DNA from: Lama glama | Lineage: Eukaryota | Direction: 5' to 3' | Assembly: GCA_028534125.1 (NCBI GenBank) | Contig: CM052817.1 | Span: forward strand, 91,948,001-92,012,000 | Length of the DNA: 64,000 nucleotides | Part shown: piece by piece, positions 37,461 to 50,654 of the stretch | How positions within the stretch are numbered: position 1 is the stretch's first letter | How the letters are laid out: every line of letters begins with the position of its first letter | Made by a program: the position numbers and the translations under genes | Notes under the pieces: model-generated | Told to the model about the DNA's origin: nothing | What the model saw: only the letters and a program-made list of their open reading frames with translations | Databases searched by the model: none

Positions 37461-39204
37461 AGTCACTTAATTTCTCAGGGCTTTAGCATCATTTTCTTTT
37501 CTTCAAATGAGGAGGAAAGTCAATCCTTGGATAGATGAGCCTAAGCATCCTGAGGCAGCCTTACGGCCTGGTCCTTCTCGGTTCTCACTGTGCCTGGTAC
37601 GTACCTTCGTTTCCGCCCCTTCCATGGAGTTCTGTGGTTCACTTCTGTGTCTGTCTGCTCACTCTGAGAAATGCCGTCTGAGCAGAGCCTACACCTTTTC
37701 ATTCTATTTCCAGAGGCCTAGAAGGGTACCGAGCACCCAATGGGCAGTCAAATGTCTGAATTACTCTATTATTTCCAGTTCCCAGATAAAGACCTGGAAT
37801 TTCCCATGAGCACTGAGAAAACAAGAATCTATATCTTTGGTTTATACTGTTAACTGGAAACTGTCACACTAATGATAAGGAAGCTTTAGACTATATATAT
37901 GTCTATGTTTAAAGGACCATGGGGTTAGTTTGCAATCACTTCATATTCCAGTTTTCCTCTCTGGTTCTCAAAAGTCCAGCCACCAGCCTCCATCCCCTTT
38001 GAATTATCTCCCCTAGTTATGAACACTCCCTGCTGCACCCTCTGAGCTATTTAAATGGGACTGCAGCAATGACTTGCCACCAAACCTACAGGGCTTCTCT
38101 CTGTCAACCACCAATCCAGCGATTGTATGCTAATCTACCAAAAGTACCCAAAGGGCTCTCTTCGTCATCTCTCAGATTCTATTTCAAATGCCAACTTCCC
38201 CCATATTCTTGGAAACACCAGATATAACCGTATTTAATGATGCCTGCACCTAAACTAACACAACAGAGCTTACAGAATAAAGCCCTCAATATTCATGAAT
38301 GCCCAAATTCAGAAACACAATAGCATATAATTTGCCATGTGTATCATAGTAACATAAATATGATGGAAAATGTAAGCGCTCTCTTCAACTCATACTGACT
38401 TGTTCCTCTCTTAAGGAGTTATTTTTGTATTAGCCTAATTGTTCTCTGAAACTATTTTAACATTAAAAAAATTTCTCTACAGTAAATTCATTAATGGCCA
38501 TAACCTGACCACACTTCCATTTTCCTGGTTAAGAAAAATTACTTTCTTAGCCGTCTTCACTTCCATCTCCAATATTACACTTAACTTTCTTTGGGGAGCC
38601 ATTTCTTACCAAGACACCGTGTTTCTACCACTCTATGAAAATTGCCTCATTCAGATTTGGAAGAGACCTTTATAGTGGTCAGTTCTTTGTGACTGGGATG
38701 ATTCTCAGTGGGCTTGGCTCATTTGCTAGTGAACCCACTTATTCCTGTACCTACCCAGATTGTAAAGTTGAGACACAAACTTATTCCTTGACAAAACTAC
38801 AAATTTCTTCCTCTCTCAGATCTTTCGGGTTTTTCCAGTACACAAAATGTTAAGTCTGCAAATACCAGGCGCCTCTTAAGGAACCAAATAAGTGCTGTTC
38901 TTTATAGTAATAGTCACACTGGAAGACAATACCAAGGTTTATAACAAAAATATATCCAATCCACTGCTCAAAATGTTTTTTGGAGCTCAGCTTCGAAATG
39001 ACTGTCAGAGCCAGTTTACAAGCCTCATCAGAAAACAGATGCACGGTTTTATAGTCACATCTTGTTTTGACCCAAAGTCACAGCACTCGACGAGACCACC
39101 ACCTACCTTAGCCGCTGGACTTGGCTCCTTATGCTTTTCAATTTGAAGTCAAAACCACTACAGCAGTTGCCACCAAATGAAAGTAATAGTCAAAAATGTG
39201 CTTC

Positions 39205-39350
39205 AATGAGAGCACTTTGGGGGAAGACAGAAATGCTCTGTGTCGTAACTGTGATGGTAGGGACAAAAACATATACATTATCTAAACTCATAGAAATCTA
39301 CACTAAAAAGTAATGAATTTTATTTATGTAAATACCTCAATTTCAAAAAC
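39205..39350 (+). mobile_element. L1M 3' end fragment
   Basis: 'aaactcatagaaatctacactaaaaag...gaattttatttatgtaaatacctcaat'. Confidence 0.65.
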
Positions 39351-39593
39351 GGACCAAAGTATGAACTCTAAAGAAAATTTCCAAAATGGAACTGCTCATA
39401 TCTTAAGTCTGAAGATGAATGTATGAAGTGTTTGACAACTCTAAAGGAACAACATTCAATTAGAGTGTTTAGAGAACTATATACATATGCACAAAAACAC
39501 ACAAAGAACCAGAACCGAGGATACTTTGCCTAGAATGTGCAGAAAAATACCAGATAGTTCAGTTCATCTTTCATGACTACATATCTGGATTCT

Positions 39594-39748
39594 CTTTCAG
39601 TAAGGCTGTGTTTCCGATGAGTTCATTGAACCGCGTACATTTTATCTTGGATAAGTGACCACTGATAATCATCTGTAAGATGACTGGTTAGAATCAGAGT
39701 CCAGTGGGTAGCCATAAATCAAGCTACTTGGCTCACTCAGGAATTTCC
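39594..39748 (+). repeat. Local direct duplication, copy 1
   Basis: About 90% identical by hand alignment to 41180-41331. Confidence 0.95.
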
Positions 39749-40699
39749 TACTTCCTCTTAGCATGACTGTCATGATGACATGGCTAAGTTATGACCTCGT
39801 CATAAACTCAGACCATGGGTCACCAACACTGGACTTTTAGAGTTCTCCAAAATTAGTAGGATTTCTCCACAAGTTATTTCAAACCTCAGGAGCTTTGCTT
39901 TGGCTGCCGTGTGTGAGCAGCAATGGGCAGAGTGAATTCACTGTCCATCCTTTTGTCAGTTGTTTTGATCATACATAGGCCAAACTCAAAACAGTGCTGA
40001 ATGTACTGGCAGACTTAAACACTGGAAAATCATTACTGATTTCTGTGGGTGAGTCTGCATTTAAAGCTTAGGTGTAATATGCCCTACACCATAGACTCTT
40101 GGGAATCACTTCATTTTGTTGTGTACTTATTACTGGCACAGGGACTTAGCATCACCTCACATGAAGCTATATTTTCAAGAAAACCCCATGCTTCACAAGG
40201 ACATCTCTGGGTCACAGGATGAATTTAGGGCTCCTGAAATAGTCCTGAAAGGCCGTCAACCTCTATGAACATCAAAAGTTCATGTCTGCCATCAAAACCA
40301 ATAATTCTCCAAAGAAAAAGCTCAGAGGATGGGACTAAGCCATGACTGCCTCTCCCTTTTGGACAAAGAATGCTAAAAAAAATTGTTTTCAATCCAAATG
40401 TCTTTGATAAATCTTACTGAAACATTGAAAATAGCTGTCTCATGTAGGGATGATAGAATTACCTTTTACCATTTCATCAGAACAACTACCTACAAGAAAG
40501 GCAACATTTTTCACTGTCTCATCCAACTACATTCACACGTAAATCCCTAAAATCCGAAGTCAAATCACCCACAAATATTTTCACGTGGCTTTTTGCATCA
40601 GAATATCTGTGAATTCAAGATGTGGTTGATGAATTAAGGGCCTATAATGTTCCTTTAAAAACAAACAAACCAAAAATATCAATTTACTTTTATATTTAA

Positions 40700-41495
40700 A
40701 TGAACTTAACAAGCACCTGTTACATAAGGACTGTGCTAACTACTATTATACAGGAATTTGGAGAAGTATGAGACATCGTATCATCCATTAATGAGCAGAC
40801 ATGTCATTACAAAAGGCTGTTTACTACACATTAACCACTAGCTAAGTGCACTTGAACAACGTCCTAAACTTTGTGGGCCTCAGTTTCCTCATTTGTAAGA
40901 TGAAGGAGTCAGAACAGATGATTCGTGAGGCCCTTCCAGGTCTCCAATTCCATAAGACCTTTTGGTATGATACATATGAGACTTGCTTAGAAAACAAGGT
41001 AAAACAGTATATGATCAAGTCCAAATGCATACTGTAAATAAGCAATACAATAGGAGGTCAGAGCACAGAGAGGTCAATTTTGGGGTGCAAAGGTTTTCTG
41101 AAAAAGCAGAAACTCCAGCTTGGACTTGAAAGACGGGCAGAATTTGAAGGCAGTGGGATGATGGGGATCATTCTTTGTACTTTCAGTAAGACTATTTCTG
41201 ATGAGTTCATTGAACCATTTACATTTTATCTTGGATTTGTGGCCACTGATATTCATCTGTAAGATGACTAGTTAGATAAGAGTCCAGTGGGTAGCCATAA
41301 ATGAAGCTACTTGGCTCACTCAGGAATTTCCGAGGGCTTTTGCAGGATCAGTGGGAAAGTTCTTGAGTAGGGGCAAGGACGATGAGGAGTCTGACTCTAG
41401 ATAACAAGATTACATGTTGTCAAGTGGTGGGTTTAAGTAGGGGAAGTAATGACTCGAGGACAGGATCCTATTAACCCAAAAGATCACACTGTGCT
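40700..41495 (-). mobile_element. Decayed L2 interrupted by a MIR (~40845-40950, +) and duplication copy 2
   Basis: L2-like 'gcttggacttgaaagacgggcagaattt' and 'tttaagtaggggaagtaatga...aaagatcacact'; MIR 'gggcctcagtttcctcatttgtaagatgaagg'. Confidence 0.55.
41180..41331 (+). repeat. Local direct duplication, copy 2
   Basis: About 90% identical to 39594-39748. Confidence 0.95.
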
Positions 41496-41499
41496 TTTC

Positions 41500-42102
41500 A
41501 GGACCATCCAGCAGCAACCCATCTCTCTTAAATAAAGGCCAAAGTCCTTGCAATGCTCTACAAGGCACTGTATCATCAGCTCCACCCCAACCCCATTAAC
41601 CTCCTCACCTTACTTCCTCCTTCTCTCCTACACCAGCCTTCTTAGACTTTCCCTCAAACACCCAACATGCTCCCAGCTTTTACACACGCTTTTCCTCTGC
41701 CTGGACTGTGCTTTCCCTGGGCATCTACATGTCTGGCAACCTCTCCATGTATTTGCCTGGAAGTCACTTTCTCAGTGAAGCTTTCCCTATCACCATATTT
41801 TAAATTGCAGCCCACTCTTTCCAGACACACAGACTACTCTCTCTCTTATAAACACACACACACACACATCCCTCCCTATTTCCCTTCTCTGCTTTATTTC
41901 CCCATACTGTCTACCATTTTCTACCATTCTGTATCATTTATTTACTTTGTAAAATGTCTGTCTCCATCTGCCACCCCTCCCTCCCGCCCTGAGTGGAACA
42001 TAAACTCCATGAGGACAGGGATTTTTGTCTGCTTTACTCATAGCTGTATTTCCAGAGCCTAGAATGATGCCTGGCCCAAAATGCAGCCCGTGTGAATGAA
42101 TG
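41500..42102 (+). mobile_element. L2a 3' region
   Basis: 'aaaggccaaagtcctt...ctccatgaggacagggatttttgtctg...agagcctagaatgatgcctggc...tgaatgaatg'. Confidence 0.85.
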
Positions 42103-43212
42103 CACGGATATGATGAAAAAGGTGTGAGGCCAATGAACCTCATGGGTTGAACTGCAAGGAGGAGAGCCTGGAGGTTATTACCATGATGGGAGCGTGAGGT
42201 TATGAAAGCCTGAACTAAGGAAGGGTTGGGGAAGAGGGAAGGGGCTGACTCTGAAAGACCACAGCAAGGAGTAACAACCAGAAGGGACTGTTCACAAATT
42301 CAACATCCAGGTGTGGATTAAAGGAAAGATACTCAACAGGGGAGGAGTTAGGATAGTGTTCAAGGGCATAAAGAGGAAATGGAAATGCACTGAAAATAAA
42401 ATGGGGCATGGTTTTATAAACAAATATCAGTCAGTTGTTTCTCAACATAATTGATGGCAGTTTTTTTCCTGCTCACATTTCTGAGAATGGCTGAAAGGAA
42501 ACTAAAAGAGAAGAAAGGGGGGAAGGTACAGCTTGCCATGTTTTCCTTTTAAGGCAACATCAGCCTGAATTGCAGAGCAAACCTCACCCACATTTCATGA
42601 TTTCTTTTCTATCAGCCCTCAGGAACACAAAATACAGAAAGACAGATCCAGTTTTTTTGGTTTTTTTTTTTCCTTTCTTCTCTTCATTATGTTTTCTCCT
42701 CCTATAAGATAGTAATCAATGCAGATGATAATAAATCTTTCTAACATCAGCTTTGGTGTAATTAAGCACACTAGAACTGGAAAAAGCAAGAGGGTTTGTG
42801 ACATAGCCTACCAGTCTATGCAGGTTGGAAGACTTGCCTAGAGTCACGGCAAGAAAATACTGCATGTGTGAGGTTCACGTCTTAGTCATGCATTTCTTAT
42901 GAAATTATCCAAACGTGGTACATTAACATTCAGTCATCCAATATTACTTGGGACCGTATGTGATATCTTCAGGAGGAAAAAGGTAGATGGTCCTTCTTAA
43001 CTATTTAATATCTCAAGTGCAGTTGAGAAGGTATATATGGATGGTATATATCTAGGAAAGGAGCTTTCAAGGAGAGTCCTACTCTTCCGCTAACTCAGAT
43101 TTTACCATTATCTTTTTAGAAATTCAGTATTTTTCCCCAGAGATATTTGCATAATTAAGTCTGCTTCTATGTTTATTTCTCTGCCTTTCAAATACATACC
43201 ACAAATCGGGCC

Positions 43213-43420
43213 TCAATCCGTGGCTTTCACCTGGAGGTGATTTTGCCCCCAAGACACAACTGGCAATGTGTAGAGACATGTTAGTTGTGGGAGGGGGCAG
43301 CTGCTGGCATCTAGTAGATAAGAGTCCAGGGAGGCTGCTAAACAACAACAACAATGCCCACAACAAAAAATTATCTGACCCAGAATGTCAGTAGTGCTGA
43401 GGGTGAGAAGTCCTGCCCTA
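43213..43420 (+). mobile_element. MER20 hAT-Charlie MITE
   Basis: 'ggtgattttgcccccaag...tggcaatgt...gctggcatctagtag...gctgctaaaca...aatgtcagtagtgctgagg'. Confidence 0.88.
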
Positions 43421-44749
43421 AATCGTCTCTGATGGAGGTCACTGAATTATGATGAAGTGATAATCTTTTTAGTCTTAGTGTGTCCTTCAAATAAGACCAA
43501 GTAGAAAAGTCAAAACCTGCAACTCGCATTGTTTAAAAATGCAGTCAGATTCTGCTCTGGAACATTTTGTCCCTCTTGGTAATCCTAATTAGGAACATTT
43601 AGATAAACTCTCCAGATAAGCATTAAAAGGATATGCTATTTTCTCTTCTGTTCTTAACCAGAAATTCAGGGAAATTTGTCATCACAGAATCTGGAAACTG
43701 CCAAAACTGAAAAGGCCCTTGGAGGTTATCAGGCTAATCCTCTCCTCTGACCAAGGGGGTGGGAGGTGCAGTGGGGAGTGATGCCCAGAGAGGTCGGGGG
43801 ACTCGCTTGCTGGCCTACGTCTGCTTAGTTTTATAGCTGGGACTAGAACTCACCCCATCCCCTAGGTCTGTGCTCCTTCTACTTGAATCAGAAGCAGATG
43901 TAAAAAGTGGAGCCCAAGGAGGTCACAAAGAAATCGCTGGACCTCTTGATTTCATCTTCAAAGGCAATAAGCTAAGAGGGAGACACAAGGTATGCCAGGC
44001 TCTCTATCCCTGGGAGTGGCGAGCTGTCCCAGTAGAGGAGGATTCAGCACCAACTCTGGCTACAGATTCCTCCTGGGGCCCAGCTAGCATCAGCCAGGAC
44101 CTCTCGAGGGGGTCTGTTAATGGGAGGACAGAACAGACCCAACAGGTGGCAAGGGTGGTGTCTTGAGGGCACCTCCCTCTAAAGGGAAAGTCCTACCAAA
44201 ACATGAAGATCTGGAAACACTTTAAAAACAAGTGGCCTGGGGTGGCCTCTCTGCTATTTCTCCTCTTGCTTAAGGGGCAGTTGCACCCTCACCACACCCT
44301 CCAGATGCTTCCCATGACTTCCCATCCCAGCCACATCCTAAGACGGGAGAGAACACACAAGTGCACCATGCATCTGCGACATCCTGTCTCTCTGAGGTCT
44401 CTAACCTAGGCCCTGGTGGCTTGTCAGAGAACCTGGGGTTTCTTCCTGCCTCTCCGCTCACCATCTGCTCTGGGTGGCTCCTTTGCCCCACCCCCAGCCC
44501 CACGGATGACATCCCTCCCGCAGACCTTGCAGGTCAGCCTGCCCCTTTCCAGCTGCCACCACCTGGCCTTTCCCCGCAGAACCGGCTGTAGAACAGGAAG
44601 GAGATTTGTCACTTCTCCATCTCCAGATGGCACTGAAACGAGTACCTGTTCCCCTTTCACTTTCAAAGGGCTTTCTGACTAGTTACTTTTAGAGAAACCG
44701 ACAGGAACAAAAGCAGCAACCTTCTTGTGGGGTATCAGTAAATCGTGTC

Positions 44750-44945
44750 AGCCACTGCTTATTAGGCATCTCGCATGTGTCTGGCTCTGAGTTGGCTGTT
44801 GTCCGTACATTATCTCCAAACCTTTCAACAACTGGGTGAGGTAGGTATTTTTACTTTCATTTTAAAAGGTGAAGGAACCAAGGATTAGAATGATTGAAGA
44901 TCACAGAGCCAGTAAATAAAAATTTAAAACATTTTAGTCTAAGTT
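44750..44945 (-). mobile_element. MIR SINE
   Basis: 'tgaggtaggtatt...cattttaaaaggtgaaggaaccaagg...gaagatcacagagccagtaaat'. Confidence 0.7.
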
Positions 44946-45921
44946 GCCTTTTGCTGCCACATGATGTCAACAAGTCTAGACGTGTCTGGCTCACAGCTCC
45001 CTCCGTAAATCTCTCTCACTGTGTTCACTTAAACCTGCCTTCTGACATTCTGCGCCTAGAGGCTGAGCTCATCAGTCCTGCCCCTGTGGAGACCAACCAT
45101 CTCTCCCCCCTTCTGCCGGGACCCTTCCCCACTGCCCACTATGGTGTTCTCCACCTGCCCTCTCAGCTCTATCCAGGCCCAGCCACCAACAGCTGGACAG
45201 CCCACCGTTAATTAGCACATAATGTCTAGAGCAACCACCATTAGTACATAGAGTCTGGGACTATCCTACTGTCCCGTGCAGGGTCCGGGTGCACATGGAC
45301 CGAGTCTCAGGGCCTGGCTGAGCACTAAGCTGTGGTTTCCCTGGACCATCCTGCTGTCTGCTTGGCAGGCCGGCCACAGAGCTTCTGGAATATGGTACCC
45401 CATCCATTCAGTTTCATGCAGAGTCTGAGCCCAGCCCAGGACCCAGCTAACTATCTGGAGGCCTAGTTCCTACCAGTCTTTCTACCCTAGCACAGGAGCC
45501 TCATCCCGAAGGACCTCTTTGGTTTTCAACATCTCTATACACGGATAACAAGGACTGTTGTTCCCCCTCAGCATCAGAGGCCCCCTCCTTCCTGCTCCCT
45601 GTGGTACTCCCTCTTTCCTGCCCACACACACACCTCCCTTGGCTATTACCACTGCCTTATTTTAACATGATGTTGTCCCTGTCTCTGAGGCTTGGTGAGG
45701 ACTTCTGGCCAAGTCAGCATCCCCTGCCTTCCATTCCTGGTTCAGACTCCAGCTGCTTCTCTGACAGGAGAACATATCAACAATCAGAACACCCTGGGCC
45801 ACAGGGTTTACAGTCTGCCCTCTAGATCCCAGTAACTTAGAAAGTTGTACAGAGGTGTTTTAGTCTAATAACAGAAATGAATAAGCAGTCCAAATCAAGA
45901 GTTCCCCTACTCTGGGGGGAT

Positions 45922-46250
45922 TCATTATCCATTCAACAAATAATTACAGAGTGCCTACCATGTGGTCAGCACTGGTCCTGGTGTTTGGTGCTGAGGATTC
46001 ACTTGTGAGACAGAGGAGGTTCCTCCTCTCAAGGAACTCATATTCGCCTGCAAGAAGACAGGCAATAAGTGAATGAACAAATGAGAGAAATAACTGTTGA
46101 CGGTTAGCTCCATGCAGAGGGGGAAAATCAGGTAATGTGAGAAAGAATGACAGGGGCAGAGAAGGCTCTTCTGTGGGTGACGCTGAGCGAAGATCTGAAT
46201 GACAAGAAGAAATCCAGGCAAAGGTCCTGAGTTGGGAATAGAAAGAATGC
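45922..46250 (-). mobile_element. L2 LINE 3' end
   Basis: 'cattcaacaaataattacagagtgcctaccatgtg...ctctcaaggaactcatattc'. Confidence 0.8.
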
Positions 46251-46292
46251 CAGTGCTGTGTTTTTACAAAACAACCTTTTATTTTAGAACAG

Positions 46293-46676
46293 TGGGTGAG
46301 TTTGCTTGCGCTGCTCTAACAAAATACCACAACCGGGATGTCTTCAGCAGCAGAGATGCATCTTCTCACAGTTCTAAAGGCTGGAGGTCCAAGATCAAGG
46401 TGCCAGCAGATGGGTTCTTCTGAAGCCTCGCTCCTTCGGCTCGCAGCCAGCCACTCTCCTGCTGTTTCTCCACATCGTCCTCTCTTGTGCACGTGCACCC
46501 CAGTGTCTCTTTTCTTAGAAGGTCGCCAGTCATATTGGATTAGGGCCCAACCCTAATGGCCTCATTTTAACTCGATCCTGACCTTATCTCCAAATATGGT
46601 TATATTCTGAGGTACTGGGGATTGGGACTTCAACACATGCATTTGGTGGGGGTGGCATATAATTCAGTCCGTAACA
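46293..46676 (-). mobile_element. MLT1B/C-like MaLR solo LTR
   Basis: 'taacaaaataccacaac...ggctggaggtccaagatcaaggtgccagca...gtcatattggattagggcccaaccctaatggcctcattttaac...gtaaca'. Confidence 0.88.
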
Positions 46677-46747
46677 AGAGTTTTCAATTTACAGGAAAGT
46701 TGCACAGATAGTACAGAGAATTTCCAAATACCCTGTCCTCCATTATT

Positions 46748-46879
46748 TGGTGGGGGGGGGGGGTAGGAAGAAGAGGTAATTTAGTTTATTTATTTATTTT
46801 TAGAGGAGGCACTGAGGATTGAATCCAGCACCTTGTGCATGCTAAGGATGCACTCTACCACTTGAGCTATACCCTCCCC
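46748..46879 (-). mobile_element. Camelid tRNA-derived SINE (Vic-1 type)
   Basis: Minus strand GGGGAGGGTATAGCTCAAGTGGTAGAG...GGATTCAATCC; imperfect TSD ccctgtcctccattatt / ccccatcctctattatt. Confidence 0.9.
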
Positions 46880-49800
46880 ACCCCATCCTCTATTATTAAC
46901 GTGTTAGTATGATTCATTTGTTACAACTAATGAGCTAATACTGACCCATTATCACTAAAGTTCATACCTTATTCGATTTCCTTAGTTTTTCACCTAAAGT
47001 CACTTTTCTGTTCCAGGATCCCACCCAGGATAGCACATTACATTTAGTCATTGAGTCTCCTCATGCTCCTCTTGGCTGTAAGAGTTTCTCAGACTTTCCT
47101 TGTTTTTGATAATCAGTTTGGAGAGAATTGGTCACAGCTACTTGGGATTGGCCTGACGTTTTTCTCATGGCTACACTGGCATTATGAGTTTTCGGGAGGG
47201 AGTCCGCAGAGGTGAAGTGTCATTTTAATCACATCTCATCAAGGGTGCACGATATCAACACGACTTATCACTGCTGATGTGCACTTCGATCATCTGGCTG
47301 AGGTAGTGTTTGCTAGATTTCCTCAATGTAAAGTCACTCCTTTCCCCCTCTTTCTTCTTCAGGGGGGAGGTCACTACGTGACTATGTGACCACACTTAGG
47401 GAGTGGGAAATTATGGTCCACTTCCTTGTCAGTGGAGTATTTACATAAATTATCTGAATCTTCTGTGCAGGTGGTATGTCCTTCTCCCCATTTATTTACT
47501 TATTTATAAAAGGATGGATATTTATTTTATACTCTGGGTTATAATCCAATGCTACTTTATTTATTTTGTTGCTCAGATTGTTCCAGCATTGGCCATTGGG
47601 AGATGGTTCAGCTGGCTCCTGCGTCCCTTTGGCATACCCCCATTGTTGTGGGGTTTTTTTAAAACACTTCCTTACTTCTTGACATTACAAGATTTTCCAG
47701 GTTCATCCTCTATTATTTCCTGCTCCAGCCCTATAATCATCCATTCAAGAATCCCTGGTTCCTTTTACTGGAGAATGGCATTAGAAACCAAGATACGGGC
47801 CCTCGATGTGTTCCCTGTTCCTGGGGTGTCATTTGGAGGCCCTCTCAACTGATAAAGCAAAGGAATACATGTGTGTATATAGCAACGTGTGTGTGGACAC
47901 ACATCTATAAATATTTCTACTTGTATCCAAATGTGTCTATATTAAGCCAAACACAAGTCCATACCAATCTCCAACTCCATCTGTTATCTGGATCATTCCA
48001 GTTTTTTCTCCTTACTTTGCTATGACCCCCGACTTCAACAGTGAGAAACTTGCCATCCATTTACTTGTTCAATTTCACTATACATTATAGCTGTTTCAGA
48101 ATTCTTAATCCATACCTTCTGTAACAAAAACAACTATCAATTAGAGAACACTGCTTTTGCCTTTAGTTTTGCAGTCTTCACTCATTTCTAAAGCTACTTA
48201 GGTCAGCACCTTTACTCCCCACTCCCTTCAGTGAAGTTATTTCATGTATTTGAAATAGTTAAGATTCTTTTGTCACAATCTGCATTCTGTCCTGGGATCC
48301 TCTGACTCCATATATACATACATACTTTAAAAAATCTGTATACAATAAGTTTCACTCTGTGCTCTAAAGTGCAATAGGTTTTGACAAATGCAGTGCCATG
48401 TACTCATCATCATAGTATCAGAGAATAGTTTACCGTCCTAAAAACATCCCCTGTGCTTCACCTATTCAATCCTCTCCTCCCCTCAAATACCTGGCAGCCA
48501 CTACTCTGTTTATCACTATAGTTTTCCTTTTTACAGAATGTCCTAAAAGTAGACTCATACAATCTGTAGACTTTTCAGATCATTGAACACCCTCTATAGA
48601 GAGGTGACGGTTAACAGTGTTCACCGTTGCTGAGTGGTAAATAAGTATAGAAGAATCACAGGTATTAGCATATCACCGGCTTGATCTAGAAGTTTCCAGC
48701 TATAGAGCTGAAATTACCGATTGCTATTTTAGTTCTCAATGTCAGTGACTCAAGAGTGAGAGGAGGACTGTATCACCAGACTCTGGAGAAGGGACCTCTT
48801 ACCATGGAGCAGAGCTCTGGAGAAGGAAAGATTAACTCTCAAAGATCCTCAAATTACAAAGTATATCACATATTTGATAATAAGCAGCAGTATGAGCCAA
48901 TACTTTGCAATAATTTAAGTCTCATAGCACACAAGAAAATGTCAGTGTTTTAGATGTGTTTATTTATTTGCTCTAAACGGAATTGTGATCAACAGTGAAA
49001 CATGCCTGTCTAACTTGGGAATCACTTAAACCAGCTGTCCATGTCATTTGGCTAAGAGGCCCCAAATGAGGAACGAATATACACAAGGATTAAGATGTGC
49101 TGTCTAGAAATGACCACATATAGCTAGGGGTCGAGAAACCCTCATCCAGGAGCACAGCACACAGGACATATTTGCTCTCATTTGTAGGGAATCAGGTAGC
49201 ATTCCACTGTGTGCTACAGATACCAAGGAGAGTTGGAAAAAACAAACCAAAAACACACCAAAAGAAGCAACAAAGATCTCCACTGAGATCCTTACAACAA
49301 TTTCTTTCCATAAATTTTAGAATACAAGCTCTTGAAGAGTGGCTATAGAAGTAGACTGGATCTCCTTGCTGACTTTAAGGTGACACCTCCTTATGCCCTT
49401 CCCATCTCATTCCTGCTGGCTTCCCAAGTTCACTGGCAGACCTAGTGGCATCTATCATGTTGTTTCTTCCAGCTCGACCAAAAGCAGTCTCAGGATGAGC
49501 AGAGGTGCTGTCATCCAGGGCTCTCTCTCTTTTTTTCAGACTGATGAATATAAACTGTGCTTTTTCTGATTTTGGTCACAGACAGTATTATCACTTGTCA
49601 TCAGAGTGTTATCATATGGAATGGTCATTTCTTTACTCTTCTCCCAGCTGACCTCCTTCTCCTCCTCCTATTGTCTCCCTGGCTTGAGTATCAAAGTTCC
49701 GTAGTATACATCAGGGACAGGCATATTTGCTAAGACCCAAGAATAAAGCAATTTGGAAGGAAGCTGAGAAAACGGTGTAGCCACTGTATTTTCTACTTCT

Positions 49801-50565
49801 TTTTATAACTACTTTTAGTCATTATCACTGGATTAAACACATGCACACGCACACATGCACAAAACTGATTAGTTCTGGTTGTTATTCATTATTCTCCCAC
49901 TTCTTGTTTCTAAAAAATCTGCATTACAAACAACCCTCCAGGATCTTATTCCAATCAACCTATCTCCAGTCTTACAATTAATATTCCTATTACAATTGCT
50001 ATGCCATTCGACCTTTCTTTTTCTTTTTTAAAGCAACAAAACCAGGGCCAATAAATCACAAATCCCCACGAAGAGGAGGCCAAAGAGGTTAACCAGAGAG
50101 TGAACTTGACACTGCAAAGCAAGAACCTCCCCTGTGTTTCCCTGTTCACTAAAGCTAGTGGTTTTGGTTAACACAGGAAACACAGTAAATACACAGTAAA
50201 TTGTACACACAAAGCAGCCATCAGCAATTTGCCTGGTGGGGTCGGATAGCATGTGGCTGATAGGTCTCAGGAGATGAGGAACAAACAGCCATGATGGATT
50301 AAGTGATTGCTATTGGCTGTGTGCTTGCCCTGAATATTTCACCGCGGACAGTAATCAATTACTAGGGACCAGTAATGACACCAATCAAACGCACTTAGCA
50401 CTTCTGCACTAGCAACCCAAGGGTTACCGACCTGCCACTTTGAAAAGGCTTAAGGCTGTGTGAGAAGTGGTATGTGAGGTAGCCACTGCAAAGCCCTTAG
50501 ATTGGGGGAAGGCAGGCTTCTTTCCCTTCATAGGAAAAAGATAAATAGATAAATTAGCCACTCAC

Positions 50566-50613
50566 CTGCCCTACATTAAGGTTTCTTTTTCAAACAAGCA
50601 CTATTCTCTCTTT

Positions 50614-50654
<41 letters not shown>

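Larger units (their letters stand above)
46270..48580 (-). mobile_element. L1MC/MB-type 3' UTR, interrupted by an LTR and a SINE
   Basis: 'tttacaggaaagttgcacagatagtacagagaattt','ttccaggatcccacccagga','gttgctcagattgttccagcattggccattgggag'. Confidence 0.85.

Noticed and set aside
41200..41250. C/D box snoRNA reading of the duplicated unit (TGATGA...CTGA)
   Set aside because: Too short, no terminal stem, box C is altered to CGATGA in copy 1, and it is antisense to the inferred host; an Rfam/snoscan search would settle it
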